From: an uncultured archaeon
Lineage (GTDB): Archaea > Iainarchaeota > Iainarchaeia > Iainarchaeales > 0-14-0-20-30-16
Length of the DNA stretch: 32,000 nucleotides
Assembly: GCA_964595665.1 (NCBI GenBank)
Contig: CAZQQS010000004.1
Location: 3,832-35,831, forward strand
Direction of reading: 5' to 3'
Positions within the stretch are counted from its first letter, which is position 1, and each line of letters starts with the position of its first letter. Under the pieces are notes generated by a model. It was not told the origin of the DNA. It saw nothing but the letters and a program-made list of their open reading frames with translations, and did not search any database. The translations under genes and the position numbers were made by a program. Below, piece by piece: positions 17,185-24,786 of this stretch.

Positions 17185-17976
17185 ATGGGGATATTTATGG
17201 TTAGAATAATTACTTTTGCCTCTGGAAAAGGAGGAGTTGGAAAAACAACAATTACTGCTAATTTAGGTATAGCATTAAAACAAATAGGTAAAAAAGTTTT
17301 GTTAATTGATGCCGATGTTACAATGGCAAACTTAAGTTTAATATTAGGTATGGAATCTTCACCTATTACAATTAATGATGTTTTGAGAGGAGAAGCAAAT
17401 ATTGAAGATGTAATTTACAAAGGTCCAGCAGGAATAGATATTATACCTTCATCATTATCTTTACAAAACTTTCAAGCATTAGATTTGTCTAAAATTCCTC
17501 AAATTGTAAAAAAAGTTTCTTATAATTATGATTTTATTTTATTAGATTGTTCTGCTGGAGTTGGAGAAGATACTTTAGCAGCAATGGCTGCAGCAACAGA
17601 AGTAATGTTAGTGATAAATCCATTTTCATTATCAATAGCTGATGCTTTAAAAGCAAAAATTATGGCACAAAAAATAAATGCAAAACCAGTAGGAATTATA
17701 TTAAACATGGTTGGAAAATATAAAGGTGAAATAAAAGAAGAAGAAATTATTAAAATGATGGAATTGCCAAGTTATGGTAAAGTTCCTTTTGATGAAATAG
17801 TTAGACAAAACTTTTATTACAAACAAATTGTTCCAATAATGGTTAAACATCCTAATAATGGAGCAAGTATTGCAATAAAAAATATTGCTTTAAGATTATT
17901 AGGAAATAAAGTAGAAGATCAAGAAGTTAAAAAAGGATTTTTTTCTTGGTTAAAAAATATATTTGGAAAAAAATAA
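17185..17976 (+). CDS. minD: MinD/ParA-family P-loop ATPase (archaeal MinD type)
   Basis: The deviant Walker A is SGKGGVGKTT. LLIDAD and ILLDCSAG segments follow. The C-terminal amphipathic tail KKGFFSWLKNIFGKK resembles a MinD membrane-targeting sequence. The likely true start is MVRII at 17197. Confidence 0.85.
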   Translation: MGIFMVRIITFASGKGGVGKTTITANLGIALKQIGKKVLLIDADVTMANLSLILGMESSPITINDVLRGEANIEDVIYKGPAGIDIIPSSLSLQNFQALDLSKIPQIVKKVSYNYDFILLDCSAGVGEDTLAAMAAATEVMLVINPFSLSIADALKAKIMAQKINAKPVGIILNMVGKYKGEIKEEEIIKMMELPSYGKVPFDEIVRQNFYYKQIVPIMVKHPNNGASIAIKNIALRLLGNKVEDQEVKKGFFSWLKNIFGKK

Positions 17977-18000
17977 ATTAATATTTAAGGGGTGTAAATT

Positions 18001-18225
18001 ATGGTAGAAACAAAACCGTTTGATTTTTTAAATTCAAGCATTAACAAAAATGTTTTAGTATTATTAAAAGGAAATACTAGAATTAGAGGTATATTAAGAG
18101 CATTTGATATCCATATGAATATTGTATTAGATGATGCTGAAAGATTAAATGAAGATAATACTGTAGATATAAAGATAGGTAAAACTATTATTAGAGGAGA
18201 TACAGTAATATTATTATCATTATAG
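18001..18225 (+). CDS. Sm-like archaeal protein (LSm/SmAP)
   Basis: Sm1 motif: VLVLLKGNTRIRGILRAFDIHMNIVLDDAE. Sm2 motif: IIRGDTVILL. The 74-aa length is typical. GGGGTG Shine-Dalgarno lies upstream. Confidence 0.85.
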   Translation: MVETKPFDFLNSSINKNVLVLLKGNTRIRGILRAFDIHMNIVLDDAERLNEDNTVDIKIGKTIIRGDTVILLSL

Positions 18226-18231
18226 TATTAT

Positions 18232-18257
18232 AAGTAGGATATTCCTACTTCTTTTTA
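18232..18257 (+). terminator. Hairpin plus T-tract, putative terminator of the NYN-MinD-Sm operon
   Basis: AAGTAGGA (18232-18239) pairs with TCCTACTT (18243-18250) around a 3-nt loop. CTTTTT follows immediately. Confidence 0.45.
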
Positions 18258-18321
18258 TATTTTAATTAAAAATATTTATATAGTGGGAATAATGTAATTA
18301 TTATATCTCAAATATAAATAT

Positions 18322-19632
18322 GTGATTGTTATGGAGTTTCAAGAATTAAAAGGCATTAAAGAATATTTACCTGAAGAACAAGAAGTTCGAGAGTATATTA
18401 CTGATATATTAAAAACTAATTTTAAAAAATATGGTTTCAAGCCTTTAGAAACAAGTATATTAGAAGACTTTGCTATTGCTTCTAGCAAATATGCTGGTGG
18501 AGAAGAAATCTTAAAAGAAACTTATAAATTAACAGATCAAGGGGAAAGAAAACTTTGTTTGAGATATGAATTGACTTTCAAATTAGGTAAATTAATTGCA
18601 TTAAATCCAACATTAAGAATGCCATTAAAAAGATATGAAATTGGAAAAGTATTTAGAGATGGTCCAGTAAAAACTGGAAGACTAAGAGAATTTACTCAAT
18701 GTGATGTTGATGTTGTTGGTGTAAAAAATCTAGCTTTAGAAGCAGAATTTATTGCAATGTCTTTTGATATTTTTAATAATTTAAATTTGCCTATAAACAT
18801 CCAAATCAATAATAGAAAATTATTGTTTGGTTTATTTGAAGCTTGTAATATCCCTGAAAAAGAATTTATTAACACAGCTTTATCTTTAGATAAATTAGAA
18901 AAAATAGGCGAAAAAGATGTTAGAAAAGAATTAAATGAAATTCTAAATGAGGATTCTATTGACGCTTTATTTGAATTATTAAATGCCTGTAATTCTTTAA
19001 ATAATAACTCAAAAAAATTAGAATTTTTAAAAACAAAATGCCAAAACAAATTATTTTTAGAAGGTTATAATGAATTAAATGAAATCTTTTCTTATGCTAA
19101 AGATTTGGGCATAAAAGAAAATTTTTATTTTATACCAACATTATCTAGAGGATTAGGTTATTATACTGGTCCAATGTGGGAAGTATATTTACAAAAATCA
19201 AAAATAAAATCAAGTGTTGCTGCTGGAGGTCGTTGGGATTCAATGATTCAAAAATTCTTAGAAAGCGATAGAGAATATCCTGCATCAGGAATGACTTTTG
19301 GATTAGATGTTATTTATACAGCATTAAAAGAAGATAATATAAAATTAAATGATTTTCAAAAAACTCCCAAAGTATTAATTATACCTTTAGATAAATTAAA
19401 TACTTGTTTAGAATTAGCTACAGAATTAAGAAATAATAATATTAGCGCAAGTATAGCATATGATGATAAATTAAGTAAAGCTTTAGATTATGCAAACAAA
19501 GAATTAATTGAATATATTATTGTTGTAGGTAAAAAAGAAATCGAAACTAAATTATTTGGTTTAAAAAATATGCTTTCTGGTGAAACTAAAAATCTAAACT
19601 TAAAAGAAATGATTAATGAATTAAATCATTAA
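18322..19632 (+). CDS. hisS: Histidyl-tRNA synthetase
   Basis: Class II motifs are MPLKRYEIGKVFRDGPVKTGRLREFTQCDVDVVG (motif 2) and GGRWD...ASGMTFGLD (motif 3 region). A C-terminal anticodon-binding domain is present. The track start is GTG, but ATG at 18331 is more likely. Confidence 0.9.
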   Translation: MIVMEFQELKGIKEYLPEEQEVREYITDILKTNFKKYGFKPLETSILEDFAIASSKYAGGEEILKETYKLTDQGERKLCLRYELTFKLGKLIALNPTLRMPLKRYEIGKVFRDGPVKTGRLREFTQCDVDVVGVKNLALEAEFIAMSFDIFNNLNLPINIQINNRKLLFGLFEACNIPEKEFINTALSLDKLEKIGEKDVRKELNEILNEDSIDALFELLNACNSLNNNSKKLEFLKTKCQNKLFLEGYNELNEIFSYAKDLGIKENFYFIPTLSRGLGYYTGPMWEVYLQKSKIKSSVAAGGRWDSMIQKFLESDREYPASGMTFGLDVIYTALKEDNIKLNDFQKTPKVLIIPLDKLNTCLELATELRNNNISASIAYDDKLSKALDYANKELIEYIIVVGKKEIETKLFGLKNMLSGETKNLNLKEMINELNH

Positions 19633-19661
19633 TTATATAAATCCTTGCGGCTTTTTCTATT

Positions 19662-20804
19662 ATGGCTGAAGAAATTTATATTAATAAGTTTGATGATCTA
19701 ATTAAAACTATTGAAAATGAGAGAAAAAAAGGCAAAATTCTAATAGCACAATTAGCTCCTGCTGTTCGAATTACTATTGGTGAAGAATTCGGATATATTG
19801 CCGGAGAAAATTTAACTAAAAAATGTTTTAGTGTTTTAAAACAATTAGGATTTGATTATATTTTTGATACCCCTTTAGGTGCTGATTTAGCAGTATATGA
19901 AGAAGTTCATATATTAAAACAATTATTAGATTCTAAAGATGAAAGCTTTTTTCCATTATACAATTCTTGTTGTATTGGGTGGAAAAGATATGCTGAGCGA
20001 ATGCATTCTTATTTAATGCCTCATGTTTCTTCAATAGCTTCACCTAACCAAATTGTTGGAAGTATAGCTAAAAACTATTTAAGCAAAAAAATTAATAAAA
20101 AAGTTTCTGATATTGTTGTAGTTGGAATAATGCCTTGCACTTTAAAAAAGTTTGAAACTTTAGATACTTTTGATTATTTTGAGAATAATAAAAAGAAAAA
20201 TGCAAAATTTGTTGATTATGTTGTTACTACTTTAGAATTAACACAATGGATTAAAAATAAAAATATAAACTTTCACGAAATAAAAGATATAGATGTAATA
20301 AATACAGCATCAAAAGAAGGAACTATTTTTGGAGTAACAGGTGGTGTAACAGAATCTTTTTTAACTGCTTTTGCAAAATATTTAGGAGAAAAAAAAGAAA
20401 TCTTAGATTTTAGAGAAAATGAAGAATTACGAACATATAAAGTTAAAATTGGGGAATATGAATTAAAAGTTGCAATTGTTTTTGGTATAGGAAATATAAA
20501 TAAAATCTTAGAACAAATTGCTGAAGGTGAATTTTATCACTTTGTTGAAATGATGTTTTGTACTAATGGCTGTGTTGGAGGTCCTGGACAACCAAAGTGT
20601 TCAGAAAGTGTTCTAGAAGAAAGAGCAAAAGCTATGCGAAATACAGCAGATAAAATCCCTAAAATAACTTGTTTTGATAATAGTGCATTATTAAAAATTT
20701 ATTCTGAATTAAATATTACTCCCAATTCAGAAAAATCAAAAAAATTATTCTTTTTAAAACAAGAAAATAAAAAAGAATCTAAAAAAATATTATCTTGGAA
20801 TTAA
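19662..20804 (+). CDS. [FeFe]-hydrogenase-like protein, H-cluster domain only (no accessory FeS domains)
   Basis: The sequence is collinear with hydrogenase H-domains (IAQLAPAVRITIGEEFG, FDTPLGADLAVYEE). L1 is NSCCIGW (19962-19982), L2 is MPCTLKKFE (20130-20156) and L3 is EMMFCTNGCVGGPGQP (20547-20594). GVTGGVTES is also present. No Cys-rich ferredoxin-like N-terminus exists. Confidence 0.8.
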   Translation: MAEEIYINKFDDLIKTIENERKKGKILIAQLAPAVRITIGEEFGYIAGENLTKKCFSVLKQLGFDYIFDTPLGADLAVYEEVHILKQLLDSKDESFFPLYNSCCIGWKRYAERMHSYLMPHVSSIASPNQIVGSIAKNYLSKKINKKVSDIVVVGIMPCTLKKFETLDTFDYFENNKKKNAKFVDYVVTTLELTQWIKNKNINFHEIKDIDVINTASKEGTIFGVTGGVTESFLTAFAKYLGEKKEILDFRENEELRTYKVKIGEYELKVAIVFGIGNINKILEQIAEGEFYHFVEMMFCTNGCVGGPGQPKCSESVLEERAKAMRNTADKIPKITCFDNSALLKIYSELNITPNSEKSKKLFFLKQENKKESKKILSWN

Positions 20805-20807
20805 GTA

Positions 20808-21080
20808 TTAAACTTTATCATTCATTAGCTTTTTAACATCCTTACTTATTTTCAAACCCAAATTAGTTATTTTATATACTTTATAATTTCTATCATTAGG
20901 ATTTTCACAAACAATTAATTTTTCATCCCGCAAATATTTTAAAGTTCTACTTAAATGAGACGCATATAAAAAAGTTATTTTTACTAATTGAGACTGCAAG
21001 ATTTGTTTTTTTTCGGAAATATAAAATAATACATCTCGTTTATTTTTAGAACGAATTAAATCTAAAACCAACTTATCCAT
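20808..21080 (-). CDS. Small winged-helix transcriptional regulator (ArsR/MarR-like)
   Basis: The 90-aa protein has an HTH-plus-wing pattern: ILQSQLVKITFLYASHLSRTLKYLRDEKLIVCENPNDRNYKVYKITNLG. Confidence 0.6.
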   Translation of the reverse strand: MDKLVLDLIRSKNKRDVLFYISEKKQILQSQLVKITFLYASHLSRTLKYLRDEKLIVCENPNDRNYKVYKITNLGLKISKDVKKLMNDKV

Positions 21081-21114
21081 AATGAAAAATAGGTTCGATT
21101 AATAAAAACTAGAT

Positions 21115-21143
21115 TTACCAACATTTTACCAATATATTACCAA
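21115..21143. promoter_or_regulatory. Three direct TTACCAA repeats at exact 11-bp spacing in a divergent promoter region
   Basis: TTACCAA occurs at 21115-21121, 21126-21132 and 21137-21143. The repeats lie between the wHTH regulator gene (minus strand) and the 21200 gene (plus strand). Confidence 0.4.
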
Positions 21144-21199
21144 AAGTAATATAAAGGTTAATAAAACAATATATTTATACTTTTTTAAGGAGGAATATT

Positions 21200-21886
21200 A
21201 TGATTTCTAAAAAGTCTAAAAATTATTTATTGCCCATTATGGCCATTATCTCATTTATTTTAATAATACTTATTATAGTATTTGGAGTTTTCAATAACAA
21301 TCTAACTAAACAAATAAACGAATTAAGCTTAAAAAATATAGATTTAAATAAACAACTAAATCTAAATAATGAATTATATTCAAAGACGATAATTGATTAT
21401 GATAATAATTTGTTAAAAGAAATTAATTTAAATGATGCATTTAAAAATTATTTATATGATAATTCGGAATTAACAAAAAAAGAGTTTATATTATCAGAAG
21501 ATCTTGAAGACATTAATACAATATTAAATTATAATACTTGTAAAGCATATTCTGAAAAATTAGAGGATTATTATAATATTATTAATCAAAAAGAAGAATT
21601 ATACTTGAATTTTATAAATAACTATCAAGAATATTCTAAAAATAAAGTGTGTAGTGATAAATTAAATAATTTAAAAATACAATCTGAAGAAATCATAAAA
21701 CTTAGGTCAGAATATTTAGATGCCATTACTAATTGGTGTTATGGATATCATAAAATAGATTGGTCTAATACTTGGGAAGAAAAATATTTGATGCCAGAAA
21801 ATAAGGCTGCAGATAAATTAAATAAAAAAATATCTGAAAATACAGAATTTGGTATAGAATTAACAAAAACATGCTTCTCAAATTGA
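21200..21886 (+). CDS. Hypothetical N-terminally membrane-anchored protein
   Basis: It has one TM helix (LLPIMAIISFILIILIIVFGVF) and a helical or coiled soluble region with four Cys. AGGAGG Shine-Dalgarno lies upstream. Confidence 0.5.
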   Translation: MISKKSKNYLLPIMAIISFILIILIIVFGVFNNNLTKQINELSLKNIDLNKQLNLNNELYSKTIIDYDNNLLKEINLNDAFKNYLYDNSELTKKEFILSEDLEDINTILNYNTCKAYSEKLEDYYNIINQKEELYLNFINNYQEYSKNKVCSDKLNNLKIQSEEIIKLRSEYLDAITNWCYGYHKIDWSNTWEEKYLMPENKAADKLNKKISENTEFGIELTKTCFSN

Positions 21887-21895
21887 GGATAAAAT

Positions 21896-22831
21896 ATGAA
21901 ATCTAATGTAATATGCCCTTATTGTAAAACAGAAGTAGAAATTAATTGGGAATCTGAAGATGCAAATAAGCAAGAAGAATATAAATGCTATAAATGTAAA
22001 AAGAATTTCTATTTTACTCCAGAAATATCTGATAGTTGGTTTGATGCAATATTGGGTTTTATTATAATATTAGGCATTATTATAGGTTCGATTTGGATTA
22101 TATATTTTGGAATATCAAAAACTATTTCTTTTTTTTCAAATAATGATACTTCAGATTATCAAAAGCAACAAGATTTAATTGCACAACAACAATATGACTT
22201 GCAAAAAGCACAATTAGATGCTGAAAGAGCTAAAATTCAAGCAGAAACTGATAGATTAAAAAAAGAAATTGCCAAAATACAAGCAGAACAAAAAGCAGAA
22301 ATAAACACAATAAAACAATACACATCTAAAGTATTATTTGATGATAGCCAATTTAGAACTATTGCAAAACAAATATCCCAAGGATGTAATGGTGAACAAG
22401 AATGTCAATTATATAAAATATATAGATTTGTAGTTACTTATTTTGAATACTATTCAGATCCGAGAAATAGCGAATATATACAATCACCAACAGAAACTTG
22501 GAATTCAAAGGGAGGCGATTGTGAAGATTTAGGAATAATATTACAAACATTACTTGAAAGTGTTGGAATTAAAACCTATTCTGTATTTACAACAAATCAT
22601 TATTATGTTTTAGGATGTATTTCAGATTCAGGTAAAATTTTAGAATATACAAATAATGAACTAAATAAATATGATAAGTATTATGATAAAATTCATTATT
22701 ATTCTATTAATAATTTAGAATGTGTGCCATTAGAACCTACTGCAGGAGACTTTGGATATCCTGGACACTTTACTACATCATATAGTGAAGCTTATGATCC
22801 GTTAACCTTGAATAAAGTTATATTAACTTAA
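21896..22831 (+). CDS. Membrane protein with N-terminal zinc ribbon, coiled coil and C-terminal transglutaminase-like cysteine-protease domain
   Basis: The zinc ribbon is CPYC...CYKC. A TM helix and a Q/K/A-rich coiled coil follow. The transglutaminase-core pattern is KGGDCEDLGIILQTLLESVGIKTYSVFTTNHYYV (Cys and His present). Confidence 0.6.
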   Translation: MKSNVICPYCKTEVEINWESEDANKQEEYKCYKCKKNFYFTPEISDSWFDAILGFIIILGIIIGSIWIIYFGISKTISFFSNNDTSDYQKQQDLIAQQQYDLQKAQLDAERAKIQAETDRLKKEIAKIQAEQKAEINTIKQYTSKVLFDDSQFRTIAKQISQGCNGEQECQLYKIYRFVVTYFEYYSDPRNSEYIQSPTETWNSKGGDCEDLGIILQTLLESVGIKTYSVFTTNHYYVLGCISDSGKILEYTNNELNKYDKYYDKIHYYSINNLECVPLEPTAGDFGYPGHFTTSYSEAYDPLTLNKVILT

Positions 22832-22836
22832 ATTAA

Positions 22837-23484
22837 TTATTTCCAACCATATGTAACTCTATGTTCTAAAAATCCAGTAATTGTTTTATAATTTAATTTT
22901 TGTAAAAATTTTTCAACATCACTATCAGTTGTTTTGTCATTAATAATATGATATGTTGCAATTGCTAAATTTATTTCATTATTTTTTAATAAATTCTTTG
23001 CACTTTTTAAAACATATAATTCAGAACCTTCAACATCCATTTTAATAAAATTAGGAATTAATTTTAATTCTTTTGAAATAGTATCTAATTTTATTACGTC
23101 TATGGCTTTACTTTTTAACACCTCATTTTCAAATATAAAAGATGAACCTCTTGAAGTTCTTTCATAAAAATCTTTTTTGCCATCAATATCAAAAACACCT
23201 TTATTAATTGCCACAACATTTTTTAATTTGTTTAACTCTAAATTAGCCAACAATTTTCTATAAGATATTTTATCGGGTTCAAAAGCAATTACTTTTCCTT
23301 TTGGGCCAACTAATTTAGAAGCAATAATAGTAAAACAGCCAACATAAGAACCCAAATCAAAAACCACATCTCCTTTTTTCAAGTTATATTTACCAAAATA
23401 CCCTTGCATTATGTTTAGATCTTTATCCAAATTATTGTGGCTTTTAAACTTAATTCCTTGAAAAGAGTAGTCTTTAATATCCAT
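22837..23484 (-). CDS. FkbM-family SAM-dependent methyltransferase
   Basis: VFDLGSYVGCFTIIASK is motif I. The segments KVIAFEPD and IKMDVEGSELYVLKSAKNLL are typical of the FkbM/TIGR01444 family. Confidence 0.75.
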   Translation of the reverse strand: MDIKDYSFQGIKFKSHNNLDKDLNIMQGYFGKYNLKKGDVVFDLGSYVGCFTIIASKLVGPKGKVIAFEPDKISYRKLLANLELNKLKNVVAINKGVFDIDGKKDFYERTSRGSSFIFENEVLKSKAIDVIKLDTISKELKLIPNFIKMDVEGSELYVLKSAKNLLKNNEINLAIATYHIINDKTTDSDVEKFLQKLNYKTITGFLEHRVTYGWK

Positions 23485-23535
23485 AGAATTAGAAAATAGG
23501 GAGAGCTTTTTAAATCCTTCTTTTTTACTATTTAT

Positions 23536-24138
23536 ATGTTTAAACTTATTGTTTTTAATCTTTGGGATACTTTAGCAAAAATTAATGGTAAACAAACATT
23601 AGACTTACTAATTAAAGAATTTAAAATTAAAGATAAGAAAGTATTCAAAAGAAAATTTAATGAAATTTATTTAACAAAACATTGGAATTCTAAATTTGAA
23701 GCTTACAGAGAAATCTGTAGAGAGTTGAATTTGGGAACAGATGAAAATACAATTAATAAAGCAATAAATATTTCTAATAAAAATCTAATTACTATAGAAG
23801 TCTTTCCTGAGACATTAAAACTATTACAAAGTTTAAAGAAAAAATACAAATTAGGGATATTATCTAATACAAGTATATTTTTAAAAAACATTTTAGAAAA
23901 AGAAACTAAAATTTTAAAATATATTGATTATCCTTTGTTCTCATATGATTTAGGTGCAATTAAACCAGAAATAAAAGTATTTAAAAATTTATTAAATATT
24001 ACAAATTTAAAACCTGAAGAAATACTCTATATTAGTAATGATAACACAAAAGATTTAAAACCCGCAAAATCTTTAGGTATGAAAACGCTTTTATTTAAAG
24101 ATTTAGAGCAATTAAAAAAAGATTTAGAGGAATTATAA
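23536..24138 (+). CDS. HAD-superfamily hydrolase-like protein (atypical motif I)
   Basis: HAD motifs II-IV are recognisable (LGILSNTS, IKPEIKVF, ISNDNTKDL). Motif I reads VFNLWDTL instead of FDxDGTL. Confidence 0.6.
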   Translation: MFKLIVFNLWDTLAKINGKQTLDLLIKEFKIKDKKVFKRKFNEIYLTKHWNSKFEAYREICRELNLGTDENTINKAINISNKNLITIEVFPETLKLLQSLKKKYKLGILSNTSIFLKNILEKETKILKYIDYPLFSYDLGAIKPEIKVFKNLLNITNLKPEEILYISNDNTKDLKPAKSLGMKTLLFKDLEQLKKDLEEL

Positions 24139-24536
24139 TGGATTGTGTGTTTTGTAAAATAGTTAAAGGAGAAATACCTTGTCATAAAATATATGAAAGT
24201 AATAATTATTTATGCTTCTTAGATATAAATCCAATAACTGAAGGGCACGTATTATTAATACCTAAAAAACACATTGATTATGTTTTTGATATGCATAGAA
24301 ATGAATATTCTAGATTGTTCTTAGAAGCAAAAATGATTGCTGAAAAATTAAAAAAGGCAACAAATGTAAAACGAATTGGCATAACAATAGAAGGTTTTGC
24401 AGTTCCTCATGTTCATATACATTTGGTGCCGTTAACAAAAGGAAATCAATTAAATCCAGAAAATGCAAAACCTTTAAGCCATGATAAATTAATAACAATA
24501 GCTGATAAAATTAAAAAACAATTTTTGGAGGAATAA
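24138..24536 (+). CDS. HIT-family (histidine triad) nucleotide hydrolase/transferase
   Basis: The N-terminal segment is CVFCKIVKGEIP and the histidine triad is HVHIHLVP. Its start overlaps the upstream stop (TAATG). Confidence 0.85.
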   Translation: MDCVFCKIVKGEIPCHKIYESNNYLCFLDINPITEGHVLLIPKKHIDYVFDMHRNEYSRLFLEAKMIAEKLKKATNVKRIGITIEGFAVPHVHIHLVPLTKGNQLNPENAKPLSHDKLITIADKIKKQFLEE

Positions 24537-24538
24537 AA

Positions 24539-24664
24539 ATGAAAAAGTTAATTAATAAAATAAAAGGTATTTTTGGTAAAAAAAAGGAAATTAAAGAGAA
24601 AAAAGAACTAAAACCAAAGGAAAAACCTAAAAAAAAGAAAGTTTCAAAAAAAGCTAAAAAATGA
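24539..24664 (+). CDS. Possible 41-aa lysine-rich micro-protein
   Basis: Hand-translated sequence is MKKLINKIKGIFGKKKEIKEKKELKPKEKPKKKKVSKKAKK. GGAGGA lies 7-8 nt upstream of the ATG. A hairpin plus T-tract follows. It is not in the supplied track, where the antisense ORF 24511-24708 is listed instead. Confidence 0.35.
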   Translation: MKKLINKIKGIFGKKKEIKEKKELKPKEKPKKKKVSKKAKK

Positions 24665-24678
24665 TTAAAACTAAAAAC

Positions 24679-24719
24679 TGCTAAAGCAAAAAACCTAAGC
24701 TTTAGCAAGTCTAATTTTT
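24679..24719 (+). terminator. Hairpin plus T-tract
   Basis: TGCTAAAGC (24679-24687) pairs with GCTTTAGCA (24699-24707) around an 11-nt loop. TTTTT follows at 24715-24719. Confidence 0.35.
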
Positions 24720-24786
24720 AAAACCACGAGATTCCTTTTTAAACTGAATTAACTTAATATATTTAGTTTTTGGAAAGGGTGATAAT

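Noticed and set aside
21092-21102. GGTTCGATTAA resembles a tRNA T-loop (GGTTCGAATCC).
   Set aside because: No T-stem, acceptor-stem or anticodon-arm complementarity surrounds it. No other tRNA-like signature was seen anywhere in the window.
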